The translations under genes and the position numbers were made by a program. 64,000 nt of DNA from an uncultured Gemmatimonadales bacterium (GTDB lineage Bacteria > Gemmatimonadota > Gemmatimonadetes > Gemmatimonadales > GWC2-71-9): positions 320,001-384,000 of the forward strand of contig CAWJIM010000019.1 in assembly GCA_963842945.1 (NCBI GenBank), given 5' to 3'. Each line of letters starts with the position of its first letter. The stretch's first letter is position 1. The notes under the pieces were generated by a model that was not told where the DNA came from, ran no database searches, and saw only the letters and a list, made by a program, of their open reading frames with translations. Of this stretch, positions 51,114-61,743 are shown piece by piece.

Positions 51114-52220
51114 ATGAAGCGAGCCCTCCTGATCTGTGTCCTGGCCGTGGCCGGTGCCCTCGCCTGCCGTTCGGCGCAGAGTCAGAGCGTACTCTCCCAC
51201 GACGCGCGATTCCCGAACAAGTTCGGGATGCTCAGCAATGTGGTGGAGCTGGCCAATGGGGGCGTGGTATTCACAGACACGAAGAGCAAGTTCTTTTTCA
51301 GAGGCAACCTCGCCAGCGGAAAAATTGACACCCTCGGTACCCGGGTGGATTCAATCGCTGAGGGAAGCCCGGCGGGGCAGTACAAGTTCCCCGGATGGGT
51401 CGCTCATCTCGCGGGCGACACGATCGCGCTGGTCGACTTTAGTGGGCTCCGCACCACGCTGTGGAGCGAAGCCGGTAAGCCGCTCGGGGTACTTCCCTCC
51501 CATAATGCCGCGGGCAAAACACCCATTCTCCTCTACGACACGCTGGGGCGGGGTTACAAGATCGACTACCAGGCAGTCCTCGGTGGTGGAGAGCCCGGTC
51601 GAGCCATCCGGCCGGACAGCATTCCGGTTCTCCGCGTGGCTCTCCGGAGCGGCAGAATAGACACGGTCGCCCATCTCACCTCTCCGGAGTATGGTGACGC
51701 CGTCTTTGGTGAGCAGGTACAACAGGCGGCGAAGGTCTTTGCCCCGAACGACTTTTTCGGCGTGCTGCCGGATGGCAGTGCCTGGGTGGCCCGGGGCCGG
51801 GAAGGCCGGGTGGATTGGCGCTCGCCCAACGGAGAGTGGCTGCAGGGACCGCCGCACAAGTTTGCCAGGATCCCGGTAACCGAAGCCGACAAGGCACGGG
51901 TGCTGGCCCAGGTCCGGGAGCAGGGAAAAGAATTCGGCATGCCCCAGGATCTCGCGATTGTCTATCCCTTCGCCGAGACGAAAGCGCCTTTCGATTTCGC
52001 CCTGGGCCGACCGAACGGTGATGTGTGGCTCCAGCAACCGCGCAATGACGAGAAGGCTGCGCTGGCCTATGCGGTCTTCGACCGCAAGGGACGCTGGCAG
52101 CGGGATGTATCATTCCCCAAGGATGCTTCGCTGGCTGGATTTGGTGCGAAGGGAGCGGTCTATGCCTCGATCCGGAACGCCGACGGTTCCAGATCGGTGG
52201 CGCGGTTTACCCTGAAATAA
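51114..52220 (+). CDS. Beta-propeller-like lipoprotein, paralog of upstream gene
   Basis: ALAC lipobox; shared GVLPDGSxWVAR..RVDWRSP. Confidence 0.75.
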   Translation: MKRALLICVLAVAGALACRSAQSQSVLSHDARFPNKFGMLSNVVELANGGVVFTDTKSKFFFRGNLASGKIDTLGTRVDSIAEGSPAGQYKFPGWVAHLAGDTIALVDFSGLRTTLWSEAGKPLGVLPSHNAAGKTPILLYDTLGRGYKIDYQAVLGGGEPGRAIRPDSIPVLRVALRSGRIDTVAHLTSPEYGDAVFGEQVQQAAKVFAPNDFFGVLPDGSAWVARGREGRVDWRSPNGEWLQGPPHKFARIPVTEADKARVLAQVREQGKEFGMPQDLAIVYPFAETKAPFDFALGRPNGDVWLQQPRNDEKAALAYAVFDRKGRWQRDVSFPKDASLAGFGAKGAVYASIRNADGSRSVARFTLK

Positions 52221-52243
52221 CGGCGGGCGCGTTTACTGGGAGC

Positions 52244-52984
52244 CTACCCCTCGCGACTCATGACCGGTGACTCGTGACTCAGCTCTTCTCCCGCCTTGCT
52301 GCCATTCCGATCTGACGTCCGCCGGTCCCGGCGCTGACCCTCCTCGTACCAGCGCCGGGTGATCTCTCCGGCCAGCTCCCGGTTACCCAAGCCAAACGCC
52401 AGTCCGACCGCCAGAGCTGCGGCCCCGAGAATCAGGGTGAACGCGGCCGTGACGATCTCCTCCGCCACCCCAACCTGCTGCAGGGCCATGAACAGGGCGA
52501 TGGTGATCACCGCACCCTTGGCCAGCTTGGCCACGGTCGGCACCCCGGACACACCCCCGGCCGACGCCAGAATCAGCCCCCGGACAAACTCACCGACGAT
52601 GATGCCCAGGATTACGATCACAATCCCGGCGATCAGCGTGGGGATGAAGGCCAGCATCGCACCGAACATCTCATTGATGCTCTCGAGCCCGAGGGCAGTG
52701 CTTGCCAGCAGAATCACCACCAGCATTACCAGCCAGAAGATCAGCTTCGCCAGGGCCCGCACCGGATCCAATCGAAGTCCCGCACGATCCACTACCTCAT
52801 CGAATCCGCCGGCGCTGACCATCCGGTCGAACTTGAGCCGCTTCAGCGTCTCGTCGGCCCAGCGCTGGACCTGGCGGGCGAGGAAGTAGCCGGTCATCAG
52901 AATGACGAATGCGCCAACCAGCGCGGGCACCACGCTGCTGATTTGTTCGCCGCCGGCCACCATCCGCTGCCAGAGCTCGTTCAC
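52244..52984 (-). CDS. CmpX/MscS-related TM-helix repeat membrane protein
   Basis: Repeated P.L..A..I...G helices; GLAFGLG motif. Confidence 0.8.
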   Translation of the reverse strand: MNELWQRMVAGGEQISSVVPALVGAFVILMTGYFLARQVQRWADETLKRLKFDRMVSAGGFDEVVDRAGLRLDPVRALAKLIFWLVMLVVILLASTALGLESINEMFGAMLAFIPTLIAGIVIVILGIIVGEFVRGLILASAGGVSGVPTVAKLAKGAVITIALFMALQQVGVAEEIVTAAFTLILGAAALAVGLAFGLGNRELAGEITRRWYEEGQRRDRRTSDRNGSKAGEELSHESPVMSREG

Positions 52985-54018
52985 TGGGCAACCTCGATCA
53001 CGAGTTTTCCAACTTGCTCACTCCGGTCCAATCGGCCGAAGGCGTCAAGGGCCCGGCTCAGCGGCACTACCTGGTCGATTACCGGCCAGAGTTTGCCGTC
53101 GCCGGCCAGCCTCACGATTTCGGCGTATTCACGTCGGCTTCCCAGGGTGGAACCCAGAATGCTCCACTGATGCCAGAACAGCCGTCGCAGGTCCATCGAG
53201 ACCATCGGACCAGTCGTGGCTCCACAGATCAGGAGCCGGCCCCCTCGTCTCAACGACCGGAGCGACTGCGGCCAGCTCTCCTCGCCCACACTGTCCACGA
53301 TGGCATCGACTCCAAGCCCATCTGTCAGGCGCCGGACCTCGCTGACCACATCGGCCCGGCGGTGATTGAGAATCGCATCGGCCCCCCGGGATAATGCGAA
53401 CTGCAGCTTGGCATCCGAGCCACTGGTGACAATGGTGCGGGCGCCGAGCGATCGGGCAATCTCTAGTGCGGCCAGGGCTACACCGCCGCCGATGCCCCAG
53501 ATCAACACGGTCTCACCCGCTTGAACCCGGCCACGGGTGGTCAGCAGGCGCCAGGCGGTGAGCGTCGCCAAAGAGAAGGCGCCGGCCTGGGGCCAGGGCA
53601 TCGAGTCAGGCGCTCGCGCCAGGTTCTCCCCGGGGACGACCATGTACTCCGCGGCCGACCCCGGCCGATGCTCCCCCAGCACCTGCAGCTTTCGGCACAG
53701 CGATTCCTCGCCTTGCAAGCACCATGGACAATTGCCGCAGGAGAACGTCGGATTGATCATTACCCGGTCGCCCGGCCGGATCCCGTCTACCTCGCCTCCA
53801 ACCTGAACGACAGTGCCCGCGCCATCGGAGCCGACGATATGGGGAAAGCTGTAGTTCGCCCCCGGCAACCCCTCCGCCACCCACAAGTCGATGCGATTTA
53901 GACCGACGGTATGGATCCGGATGAGCGCCTGGTTCGGCGCCTGAATTACTGGCTTCGGCAACTCCTGTACCCGCAGGTGTTCGATTCCGCCTGCGGCCTC
54001 CAGGACAAGCGCTCTCAT
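52981..54018 (-). CDS. Zinc-binding MDR dehydrogenase
   Basis: CGNCPWC..C structural Zn, GIGGGV, GKLVI. Confidence 0.9.
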   Translation of the reverse strand: MRALVLEAAGGIEHLRVQELPKPVIQAPNQALIRIHTVGLNRIDLWVAEGLPGANYSFPHIVGSDGAGTVVQVGGEVDGIRPGDRVMINPTFSCGNCPWCLQGEESLCRKLQVLGEHRPGSAAEYMVVPGENLARAPDSMPWPQAGAFSLATLTAWRLLTTRGRVQAGETVLIWGIGGGVALAALEIARSLGARTIVTSGSDAKLQFALSRGADAILNHRRADVVSEVRRLTDGLGVDAIVDSVGEESWPQSLRSLRRGGRLLICGATTGPMVSMDLRRLFWHQWSILGSTLGSRREYAEIVRLAGDGKLWPVIDQVVPLSRALDAFGRLDRSEQVGKLVIEVAQ

Positions 54019-54023
54019 GATCT

Positions 54024-56198
54024 CTAGAAAGTAGGACTGAGGATCTGCTCGCCGGGCTGTAACGGAACACTTACTGGGGGACTGCCGGGTGCGGTGGCCT
54101 GGAGGAAAAGGCTGAACTCGATTTTGCCCTTTGCGGCGTCCCGAATCTGCCCTACCACATAGGCCAGCCGGTCGCCCTCGCGGGAAACAGCCAGGGAGGA
54201 AATTGGATCATTGGTCTGCAGCACCTGTGAGATATTGCCGTTCGCCGCGATCAGCCGCATGACCCGCGAGCCCCTGGATCCGCCGCCTCGTTCGACCACA
54301 TAAAACAGATCCCCATTTCGAGCGTAGCGAGGATTGGTCTCCCGCGCCGAGCCCTTGGTGAGTCGCCGCTGATTGGTGCCGTCGAGATCCATGGTGTAGA
54401 TGGCGTGGTTACCGCTTCGCGCCGATACGAAAGCGATCGTTCGGCCATCGGGTGAGACGCTGGGCGAATGATTTCCTCCCGACGCCGTTGTCAGTTGGCG
54501 ATTATCGCCGCCCTCCGCCGTCACGATCGCGACCTGGGTCACCGTCCCCGTGGTCGCGGTGTACACGATCCGCCCCCCATCCGGGGTCCACGCTGGCTCT
54601 CCCTCACCGCCTGAGCTGGAGGTGAGCCGGCGCGGTCTCTGACCGTCGGCATCCATCAGGTAAAGATCGAAGCTGCCGGACCGGTTGGAGCTGAAGGCCA
54701 GACGAGTCCGGTCGGGCGCTAGGGCAGCCTGAATATTCGTGGCACTGTCCACCAAGACCGGCAGCATTGGGGAGGGTCCCGGCACCCTCATCTGGTAAAT
54801 CCCGCTGTTGCCACGCCGATTCGAGCTGAGGAAGAGATCCGCGACCACAAAGACGTCTGCGCTGGCCTGTCTTCCCCAGGGCGTCAGTGCCGTGATCACG
54901 GCGTGACCCGGGGCCACCGCCTCAACCTGGCCGTTTTCCCGCACCGTCGCGGCCTCGCCCCGGTCCGAGGTCCACTTGGTGGCTGGCGTCTTGGTCGCTG
55001 CAGGGTCCTGGTCCCGGGGCACCGCGGACAATGTGGCCCGCTGTCCCACCAGCAGGCCGGTTCGGGAGGGCTCGATAGTGATCTCGCCGGTGACAACCTG
55101 AATAGTCCACACTGCGGGCGTAATACCGGGCAGTCTGGCGGTGAGCGTGGTAGTGCCCAGGGCCTTGGGCGTGAGTATGCCGGTGACCGGATCAAAGCGG
55201 GCGACCAGCGTATCGCTCAGCTCCCAGTTTACCTGGACATCGGCGAGCGGAGTCGAATCGGCGGCCTCGGCCACTGCGCTGAACTGCTGCTTTGACCGAA
55301 GCGGCAGCTGCAGGGTGCCGCCCTGGTGAGGGGACACGACCAGGGCATCGGGAGTGGCGTGGACGGTAATCGTGGCTCGCCGTTCCTGAGAGAACGCGGT
55401 GCCGATGATCTCGGCTTTACCGGCCGAGCGACCGCGAACCACCCCGCTTGAGGTAACCCCAACTACCGATGTATCGGTGGACCGCCACTGTACCACTCCC
55501 TTTAGTTCGCGATTCTGGTTCGGAATCAGTGCGTGAAGAGTGTCAATCTCATCCACTCCAAGGCCCAGGGACTCGGGATTGACGGTGAAATCACCGGGCA
55601 CCACTTCCACCGGCAGTGTGGCCATTAGCCCGCCGGACGCCGCCTGCAGGATGGTACGTCCAACCCCGGTTCCGGTAACCAGTCCTCCCGAGTCAACTCG
55701 GGCAACGTCAGGCTTGAGGGATTTGATCGTTACCCTTCCTACCGAGACCGGGGTGCCGTCTTCCTTCAAAGCCTGGGCCCGGATCCGTGCGGTCTCACCG
55801 GGCATCAGGGTGAGGGAGGGTGGCTCCAGAGTGAGGACCGATGCGGTGGAGGTTCGGGTGCCAGCCGGATCGCCCGGCGCGCTGCCGGTGATGAGCACCG
55901 CCAGGGAAGCCCGCTTCCCCTGCGAGCGCGCCTCGATCTTCGCCAGACCGGGCTTTATGCCGACTACCGTCCCGTCCTTTCTGACCTGGGCGATCAGACT
56001 GTCCGAGCTCCAGAAGCTGAATTTGGCGGTGGGAATGAGGTTGCCTCGCTGGTCGAAGGCCGTGGCGAATAGCGCCTGTTTCTGGCCTACGCCCAGAGTC
56101 ATCGTCTCCGGGGTAACCTGGACCTCGGCCACGGTCTGCGCCCTGCTCGGCGTACTGATCGAGGCTACAACAACAAATACCGCAACGAGATGAGACAC
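54024..56198 (-). CDS. Secreted Big_2 Ig-repeat protein with C-terminal TolB-like (PD40) propeller
   Basis: Repeated WSSD/WRST..VA.V..G.V; SPDGRTIAF repeats. Confidence 0.85.
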   Translation of the reverse strand: MSHLVAVFVVVASISTPSRAQTVAEVQVTPETMTLGVGQKQALFATAFDQRGNLIPTAKFSFWSSDSLIAQVRKDGTVVGIKPGLAKIEARSQGKRASLAVLITGSAPGDPAGTRTSTASVLTLEPPSLTLMPGETARIRAQALKEDGTPVSVGRVTIKSLKPDVARVDSGGLVTGTGVGRTILQAASGGLMATLPVEVVPGDFTVNPESLGLGVDEIDTLHALIPNQNRELKGVVQWRSTDTSVVGVTSSGVVRGRSAGKAEIIGTAFSQERRATITVHATPDALVVSPHQGGTLQLPLRSKQQFSAVAEAADSTPLADVQVNWELSDTLVARFDPVTGILTPKALGTTTLTARLPGITPAVWTIQVVTGEITIEPSRTGLLVGQRATLSAVPRDQDPAATKTPATKWTSDRGEAATVRENGQVEAVAPGHAVITALTPWGRQASADVFVVADLFLSSNRRGNSGIYQMRVPGPSPMLPVLVDSATNIQAALAPDRTRLAFSSNRSGSFDLYLMDADGQRPRRLTSSSGGEGEPAWTPDGGRIVYTATTGTVTQVAIVTAEGGDNRQLTTASGGNHSPSVSPDGRTIAFVSARSGNHAIYTMDLDGTNQRRLTKGSARETNPRYARNGDLFYVVERGGGSRGSRVMRLIAANGNISQVLQTNDPISSLAVSREGDRLAYVVGQIRDAAKGKIEFSLFLQATAPGSPPVSVPLQPGEQILSPTF

Positions 56199-56354
56199 GA
56201 CATATCGGCGCCGGACTCGCGCGGCGATTAACTGGCGAAACCAGCGCTGAGTTCACCAGGGCTTGACCCAAGGGAGAGGCGGAATAGCGATAAAATAGCT
56301 CACTCGAATGGGGGGGGACTAGCACGTCCCAGCCGTGTCAGTCTCCGAATACGG

Positions 56355-56381
56355 CTTGCACAAGCCTTGAGGATGTGCAAG
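56355..56381. promoter_or_regulatory. Inverted repeat in divergent intergenic region
   Basis: CTTGCACA-N11-TGTGCAAG. Confidence 0.4.
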
Positions 56382-56466
56382 TTATATGTCCTGTCTCACC
56401 GGGTGGCGCTTGTGCGCCTCGGACCGGCGGCGGGTGGCGCCGCACACGCGTTCGGAGGAAGCTAAG

Positions 56467-56994
56467 ATGGCCGAACTTCATAATATGGAGATGGGCTGGT
56501 CGGGCTCTGGGTGGATGGATCCCCTGCCTTCCGAGAGCAGTTCGTCAAGTCCCTCGTCGTCCCGTTCATTCGATTTCGGAGACAGTTCCGATAGCCAGTC
56601 AAGACGTCGGGAGGCAGAAGAGCCAAGAGGTCAGCTCGAAAGGCCGCCCGGAAATCTGGCAGAGCGACGAAGACGCTCGGCCCGCAAGACCGCCAGGAAA
56701 GGCCGTCGGGCGGCGCGGAAGAGCGGCGAGGGCCACCAAGCGTGCGGCGCGGAAGAGCGGCCGGGCAACCAAGCGTGCGGCGCGGAAGAGTGCCCGGACC
56801 ACTAGGCGTGCGGCGCGGAAGGGTGGCGCGTCCAAGAGCGCGGCACGAAAGAGTGGCAGAGCGTCCAAGAGCGCGGCGCGCAAGAGGCGCGCTCGCGAAA
56901 GGGCCGGAAGGCTGCCCGGAAAGCTGGACGCACGACCAAGCGTACAGCCCGGAAGAGCGCCCGCAAAGGCAGGAAATCGGCCCGGCGCTCCTAG
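56467..56994 (+). CDS. Histone-H1/Hc2-like Arg/Lys/Ala repeat protein (several indels)
   Basis: GGAGG SD; ARK[S/G/T/A] repeats recoverable across all three frames, ending RKGRKSARRS*. Confidence 0.7.
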
Positions 56995-57018
56995 CAGTAT
57001 CAAGCGCGGGTCTGACCC

Positions 57019-58875
57019 TCAGCCCCGCGCGTCGAGGCCGGCCAGCGCAGCGGCACAGTTGATCAACGCAATGTGAGTAAAGGCTTGGGGAAAGTTTCCC
57101 AGGAATTCACCGCTGTAGGGGTCGATTTCCTCGGAGTATAGGCCTACATGATTGGCGTGTCGGAGCATCCGGCGGAACACCCGATCCGCCCGTTCCCGCT
57201 CGCCAATCATGGCCAGTGCCTGGGCCAGCCAGAAGGTACAAATCGAGAAGGCGCCCTCCTCGCCCTCCAGCCCGTCGGGGTGGCGGTACCGGTATACCAG
57301 CTCGCCGTCCTGAGTGGTCAGCTCCCGGGCAATCGCGTGAACCGTTCCATGGACTCCGGGGTGGTTCCACGGGAGGAACCGCACCATGGGGATGGCAAGG
57401 GCCGCCGCATCCAGCGCGTCGTGATCGTAGGACTGAACAAAGGATTGTCGCTCTTCGCTCCAACCCCGCTCCATGATCTCAGCGTGCAGTCGGTCCCGGG
57501 CAGCCCGCCAGGTAACGGTATCAGACTCGAGGTTCAGCTCCTCCGCCATGTGAACCCCCCGATCCAACGCCACCCAGCTCATCACCTTGCTGAAGACGTA
57601 GTGGCGGACCTCACCCCGGACCTCCCAGATGCTGGAGTCGGGCAAGTGCCAGTTCCGGCTGACCCAGTCGACCAGCCCCCGCAGTACCCGCCACGTGCCT
57701 TCGGTCATCTCGTGATTGCGGCGCCAGATGTCGGCCGTTTCGAGGACCTCTCCGTACACGTCCAGCTGGAGCTGACCCACCGCTCCGTTGCCCACCCGGA
57801 CCGGCCGCGAGTTGCGATACCCGCTCAGATGATCCAACTGCCGCTCGATCAGGTCCCGCCGCCCGTCGATACCGTACATGATCTGGAGGTGGCCGCCGCC
57901 TTCGTGGCGGCAGACCTTCTTCAGGAAGCGCATGAACTGGTCGGCTTCCCGGTAGTGGCCTACGGCATCCAGTGCCGCCAGGGTGAAGGCGGCATCGCGG
58001 AGCCAGACGAAGCGGTAGTCCCAGTTGCGGATCCCGCCCACCGTCTCCGGAAGCGAGGTGGTGGGGGCCGCAATCAGGGCCCCGGTCTCGGCATGGGTCA
58101 GGAGCTTTAGGGCTAGCGCCGAGCGCTTGACCATGCCTCGATAGGGACCGCGGTAGCGAACCTTGGCCGACCAGCGCTGCCAGAAGGCGGCGGTATTGTC
58201 CAGCTTCCGAGAGCTCTCGTACCGATCCACCGGGTGGATATCGTCATCGTCGTAGCGCAGGACCATCCACCGCTCTTCACCCTTCTCCAACTCGAAGCGG
58301 GCACTAGCGCTGGACTGCTCGACCTGCCACTCGAACGGCTTGGCGCTGGAGAGAGTGAGCACCTGGTCAGTACGGTCGGTCGCGAAGAGTCCCGCCCGGA
58401 GCAGCTCCAGCCGGGTGGTCCGGGCGCCATACTCGAAGCGGGGCATGAAGATCATGCTCATGCGCACCCGGCCGCGGCTGCAGCGCATCCGCCGGTGGAT
58501 CTCCGGATGCTGGCCCGACGGACGGCCATCTTCGGCCACCGGCATGAAGTCGGTGAGGCTGACCACCCCACCTTCGGCGGTGCGGAACGTGGTCTCCAGA
58601 ATATTGGTGCGGGGAAGGTAGCGTTGGGTTGAGGTCCAGCGGCCTTCGGGATGGATCGCCCAGGTGCCGCCCCGTTCCGTGTCGAGCAGCGCGGCAAACA
58701 CACTGCCGCTGTCGAAGCGGGGCAGACAACACCAGTCGATTGCTCCATCCAAGCCGACCAGGGCCGCCGTTCGCATATCGCCAATCAACCCGTAGTCGGA
58801 GATCGGACGATGGCGAACCGCGCCCGAGCGCCGGCCGGGGGCATCGGCCGGCGACTGAGGCTGGACGTCAGTCAT
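57019..58875 (-). CDS. Glycoside hydrolase family 15 (trehalase/glucoamylase-like)
   Basis: AAPTTSLPE, RNWDYRFVWLRD, QLDVYGE, SIWEVRG, GNFPQAFTH. Confidence 0.92.
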   Translation of the reverse strand: MTDVQPQSPADAPGRRSGAVRHRPISDYGLIGDMRTAALVGLDGAIDWCCLPRFDSGSVFAALLDTERGGTWAIHPEGRWTSTQRYLPRTNILETTFRTAEGGVVSLTDFMPVAEDGRPSGQHPEIHRRMRCSRGRVRMSMIFMPRFEYGARTTRLELLRAGLFATDRTDQVLTLSSAKPFEWQVEQSSASARFELEKGEERWMVLRYDDDDIHPVDRYESSRKLDNTAAFWQRWSAKVRYRGPYRGMVKRSALALKLLTHAETGALIAAPTTSLPETVGGIRNWDYRFVWLRDAAFTLAALDAVGHYREADQFMRFLKKVCRHEGGGHLQIMYGIDGRRDLIERQLDHLSGYRNSRPVRVGNGAVGQLQLDVYGEVLETADIWRRNHEMTEGTWRVLRGLVDWVSRNWHLPDSSIWEVRGEVRHYVFSKVMSWVALDRGVHMAEELNLESDTVTWRAARDRLHAEIMERGWSEERQSFVQSYDHDALDAAALAIPMVRFLPWNHPGVHGTVHAIARELTTQDGELVYRYRHPDGLEGEEGAFSICTFWLAQALAMIGERERADRVFRRMLRHANHVGLYSEEIDPYSGEFLGNFPQAFTHIALINCAAALAGLDARG

Positions 58876-58958
58876 CGCCCAAGTATAAGTCGGCGGAGCC
58901 GGATCTTGCATCGTTCGCTGCGAGTCATCCACCTTGAAGCACCTTTTCCCCTATCTCC

Positions 58959-59427
58959 ATGCGTCCCTCCTTGCCCATTCTGGTGCTGCTGCTGGTGGCA
59001 TGTCGGCCCGCCGGACAGCCCACGGCGGACTCCTCCCTCGATCGTGCCGGCGCTCACCCGACACACTGTCGGCTCAGCTGGACCGGGCCGCCGGTGACTG
59101 GAACCGGGGCGACCTGGACGCGTTCATGTCGGACTATGCCGCCGAGAGCACGACCACCTACGTGGACGGCCGCCGGGCACGGCATGGGTTCGACTTCATT
59201 CGCAACAACTATGCTCCCCGGTTCGCCCCCGGTGCCCGGCGGGACAGTCTCCACTTCGAGGAGGTCGAGGTTCGGCCGCTCAGCCCCACTCTGGCGCTGG
59301 TAACCGCCCGATTCATTCTTCAGAGAGGCGACAGCACCACCGCGAGTGGTCCGTTTACTCTGGTCATGGAGCCAGATCTGAGGGCTGGAAGATCCTTCAC
59401 GATCACTCATCCAGTGATCCGCGCTAA
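58959..59427 (+). CDS. NTF2/SnoaL-like lipoprotein (frameshifts near 59055 and 59372)
   Basis: LVAC lipobox; WNRGDLDAFM; GWKILHDHSS. Confidence 0.75.
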
Positions 59428-60787
59428 ACGACTCGTCGTTGGCACATTTGCCGGCTGCCTGTTCCTCGCGGCTTGCAAGCCCGGCTCGCCAGGACGGTGT
59501 GGCGCTGGTAGGCGCCACCTTGATCGACGGGACCGGTGGACCTCCCCTGGCCGATGCAGCCGTACTGGTCCGTCGCGGCAAGGTCGAATCGATCGGACCT
59601 CGCTCCGGATTCGAGCTTCCCCGCGGGGTCAACCAGGTCGATGTCTCCGGCCATTGGATCATCCCCGGACTGATCGATGCCCATGCCCACCTGGCCCAGG
59701 CTGCTGGCTGGGCGCCGGCGAGGTATCTCGCCTGGGGAGTCACCACCGTGCGCGACATGCACGGGCCGCTGAATTCTGTCATCTCGGTCCGGAGGAGATC
59801 GAACACCCCGTCGAATGGGTCCCCCCGTATGTACGCGGCCGGGGCAATGATCGATGGCCTGCCGACCACCTACCCCGACGCGATCGGCGTCAACAGCGAG
59901 CAGGACGCGCGCAAGGCTGTCGATCGCCTGGTGAGCGCGGGTGTCGACTTCATCAAGGTCTACACCCACATCGACCCGCCGCTGCTCCGCGCCATCCTGG
60001 ATGAAGCCCACACGTTCAATATTGCCGTGGCAGCCCACCTGGGTATGACCGACGCGCTCGCTGCGGCCAAGGACGGGATTTCATCGATTGAGCATCTGAC
60101 CGGCGTGCCCGAGGCAATCTCGCGCGAGCGGTCGTCGCTGCTCGCGGCGCACTACCGCGGTTTTTTCCCCGGCTGGACCGCGTTCGAGCGCCGCTGGGCC
60201 GATCTCGACTCGGCGGCGCTGAGCCAGCTGGCAGGACGGATGGCCCAGGAACGGGTAACGCTCGTGCCGACGCTGATACTGCACGAGACTCTGAGCCGGC
60301 TGGATGATCCGGCTGATCCTCCGGGATTCCGCTCTCCAGGAGGTTCCGGAAGGTGCCAGACGAGAGTGGGACGTGCCGGGGATGATCAGCCCGGGCCGGA
60401 TGGGACCCGGCCGACTTCGCCGCGTTCCGGCAGTCTCGGCCGATGCAAAATCTCTTCATCCGTGCCTTCGTCGCGGCCGGGGGAAGGATCGCCACCGGAA
60501 CCGACTCTCCCAACCAGCTTCTGGTTCCGGGTTATAGTGAGCACCGCGAGCTCGAGCTGCTGGTTGCCGCCGGCATCAGCCCGAGGGAGGCGATCCGGGC
60601 AGCGACCCGGAACGCTGCAGTGTTGCTGGGCGTCGATTCCCTAGGATTGATTGCTCCCGGCAAAGTGGCCGACCTCATTGTCCTCACTAGGGATCCGCTT
60701 ACCGACATCCGTAACACCCGGTCGATCCAGGCCGTCATGTCCCGTGGTCACCTGCTGGACGTCGATTCCATCCGGGCAACTTGGTAA
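59414..60787 (+). CDS. Amidohydrolase-family lipoprotein (frameshifts near 59490, 60315, 60400)
   Basis: PGLIDAHAH, FIKVY, SIEH, GTD, IAPGKVADL. Confidence 0.85.
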
Positions 60788-60838
60788 CGGTGCTGCCGGG
60801 GTGCCGCCCCCGAACATGAGGCCCTTCTGAACCCACCG

Positions 60839-61721
60839 GTGCCCGCAACCGAGGGAATCCAACGCCTCGCCCTCTTTTTCGCCTCCGCTCCCACCCGCCA
60901 GGGCCTGCTGGCTCGACGCGCCCTCGCTCGCCCTGCTCCCGATGAGGAGGAGCTGGTGCAGCGTTTGATCCGCCAGTTGGAGGAGGAGTCTGCGGCCGTC
61001 GAACGGATCGAGGGCGCGGTGGTGCCCACGATCTGGCGGGCCCATGAGCTTATGGATCTCGGTGCTGCGCGAGGGCCGCTGCGGTCGAGTGATGGAATGG
61101 ATCCTGGGACTTCAGGGTAAGCCCGGAGCTTTCAGCCAGGGCTGCAGCCGGATCCGCCACGCCCAACGCGTCTGCGAACATTTCATCTCCGGGTTCTTCT
61201 CACCCGCTCCGCCCGAGCAACGGGTCGCGCCGGTCATGTTGCCGAACGGGAAAGTGTTTCGCGCCGAGCCCGCAGCCCGGTTCGTCATCAGTTGCCTGGC
61301 TCTCCGCGCAGCATTGCGAGGAGGGTGGGGAGATCGCGCGGCGGTCCAGCGCCACCTGGCCAGCCTGCATCAGCTTCAGGAGCAGTGGTCCGATTGGAGC
61401 GGATACTTTGCGGCAGACGCGATCGTCGCCGGAATTCACGCTCTGGCTCTGAGCCCGCTCAGCCACCAGCTCCGTGACCGGCTGTCGTCCTTGATCGCGG
61501 CACACCAGGCGCCCGACGGCACCTGGCCCACGGCGGATCTGTTCCATACCCTCGAAGCGCTGCTTGCCCTGGGTACTTCCCCCGCTCAGGCAGCCATCCG
61601 CCGGGCTGTTCCCGCGCTGCTGTCGCGTCAGCGAATCGACGGCACCTTCGGCTCGACTGCGCAGCAGGAGCGGGCCTTGATTGCCTTGCGCTCGTTGATC
61701 TGGGCCGAGCAGGAAGGCTAG
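60839..61721 (+). CDS. Helical alpha/alpha-toroid-like hypothetical protein (frameshift near 61075)
   Basis: QAPDGTW and QRIDGTF QW-like repeats. Confidence 0.55.
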
Positions 61722-61743
61722 ACTGCTCGAGGGAGGAGGTGCC

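Noticed and set aside
56700..56900. Repeats as a CRISPR array
   Set aside because: Tandem degenerate codon-phased units, no unique spacers and no cas genes
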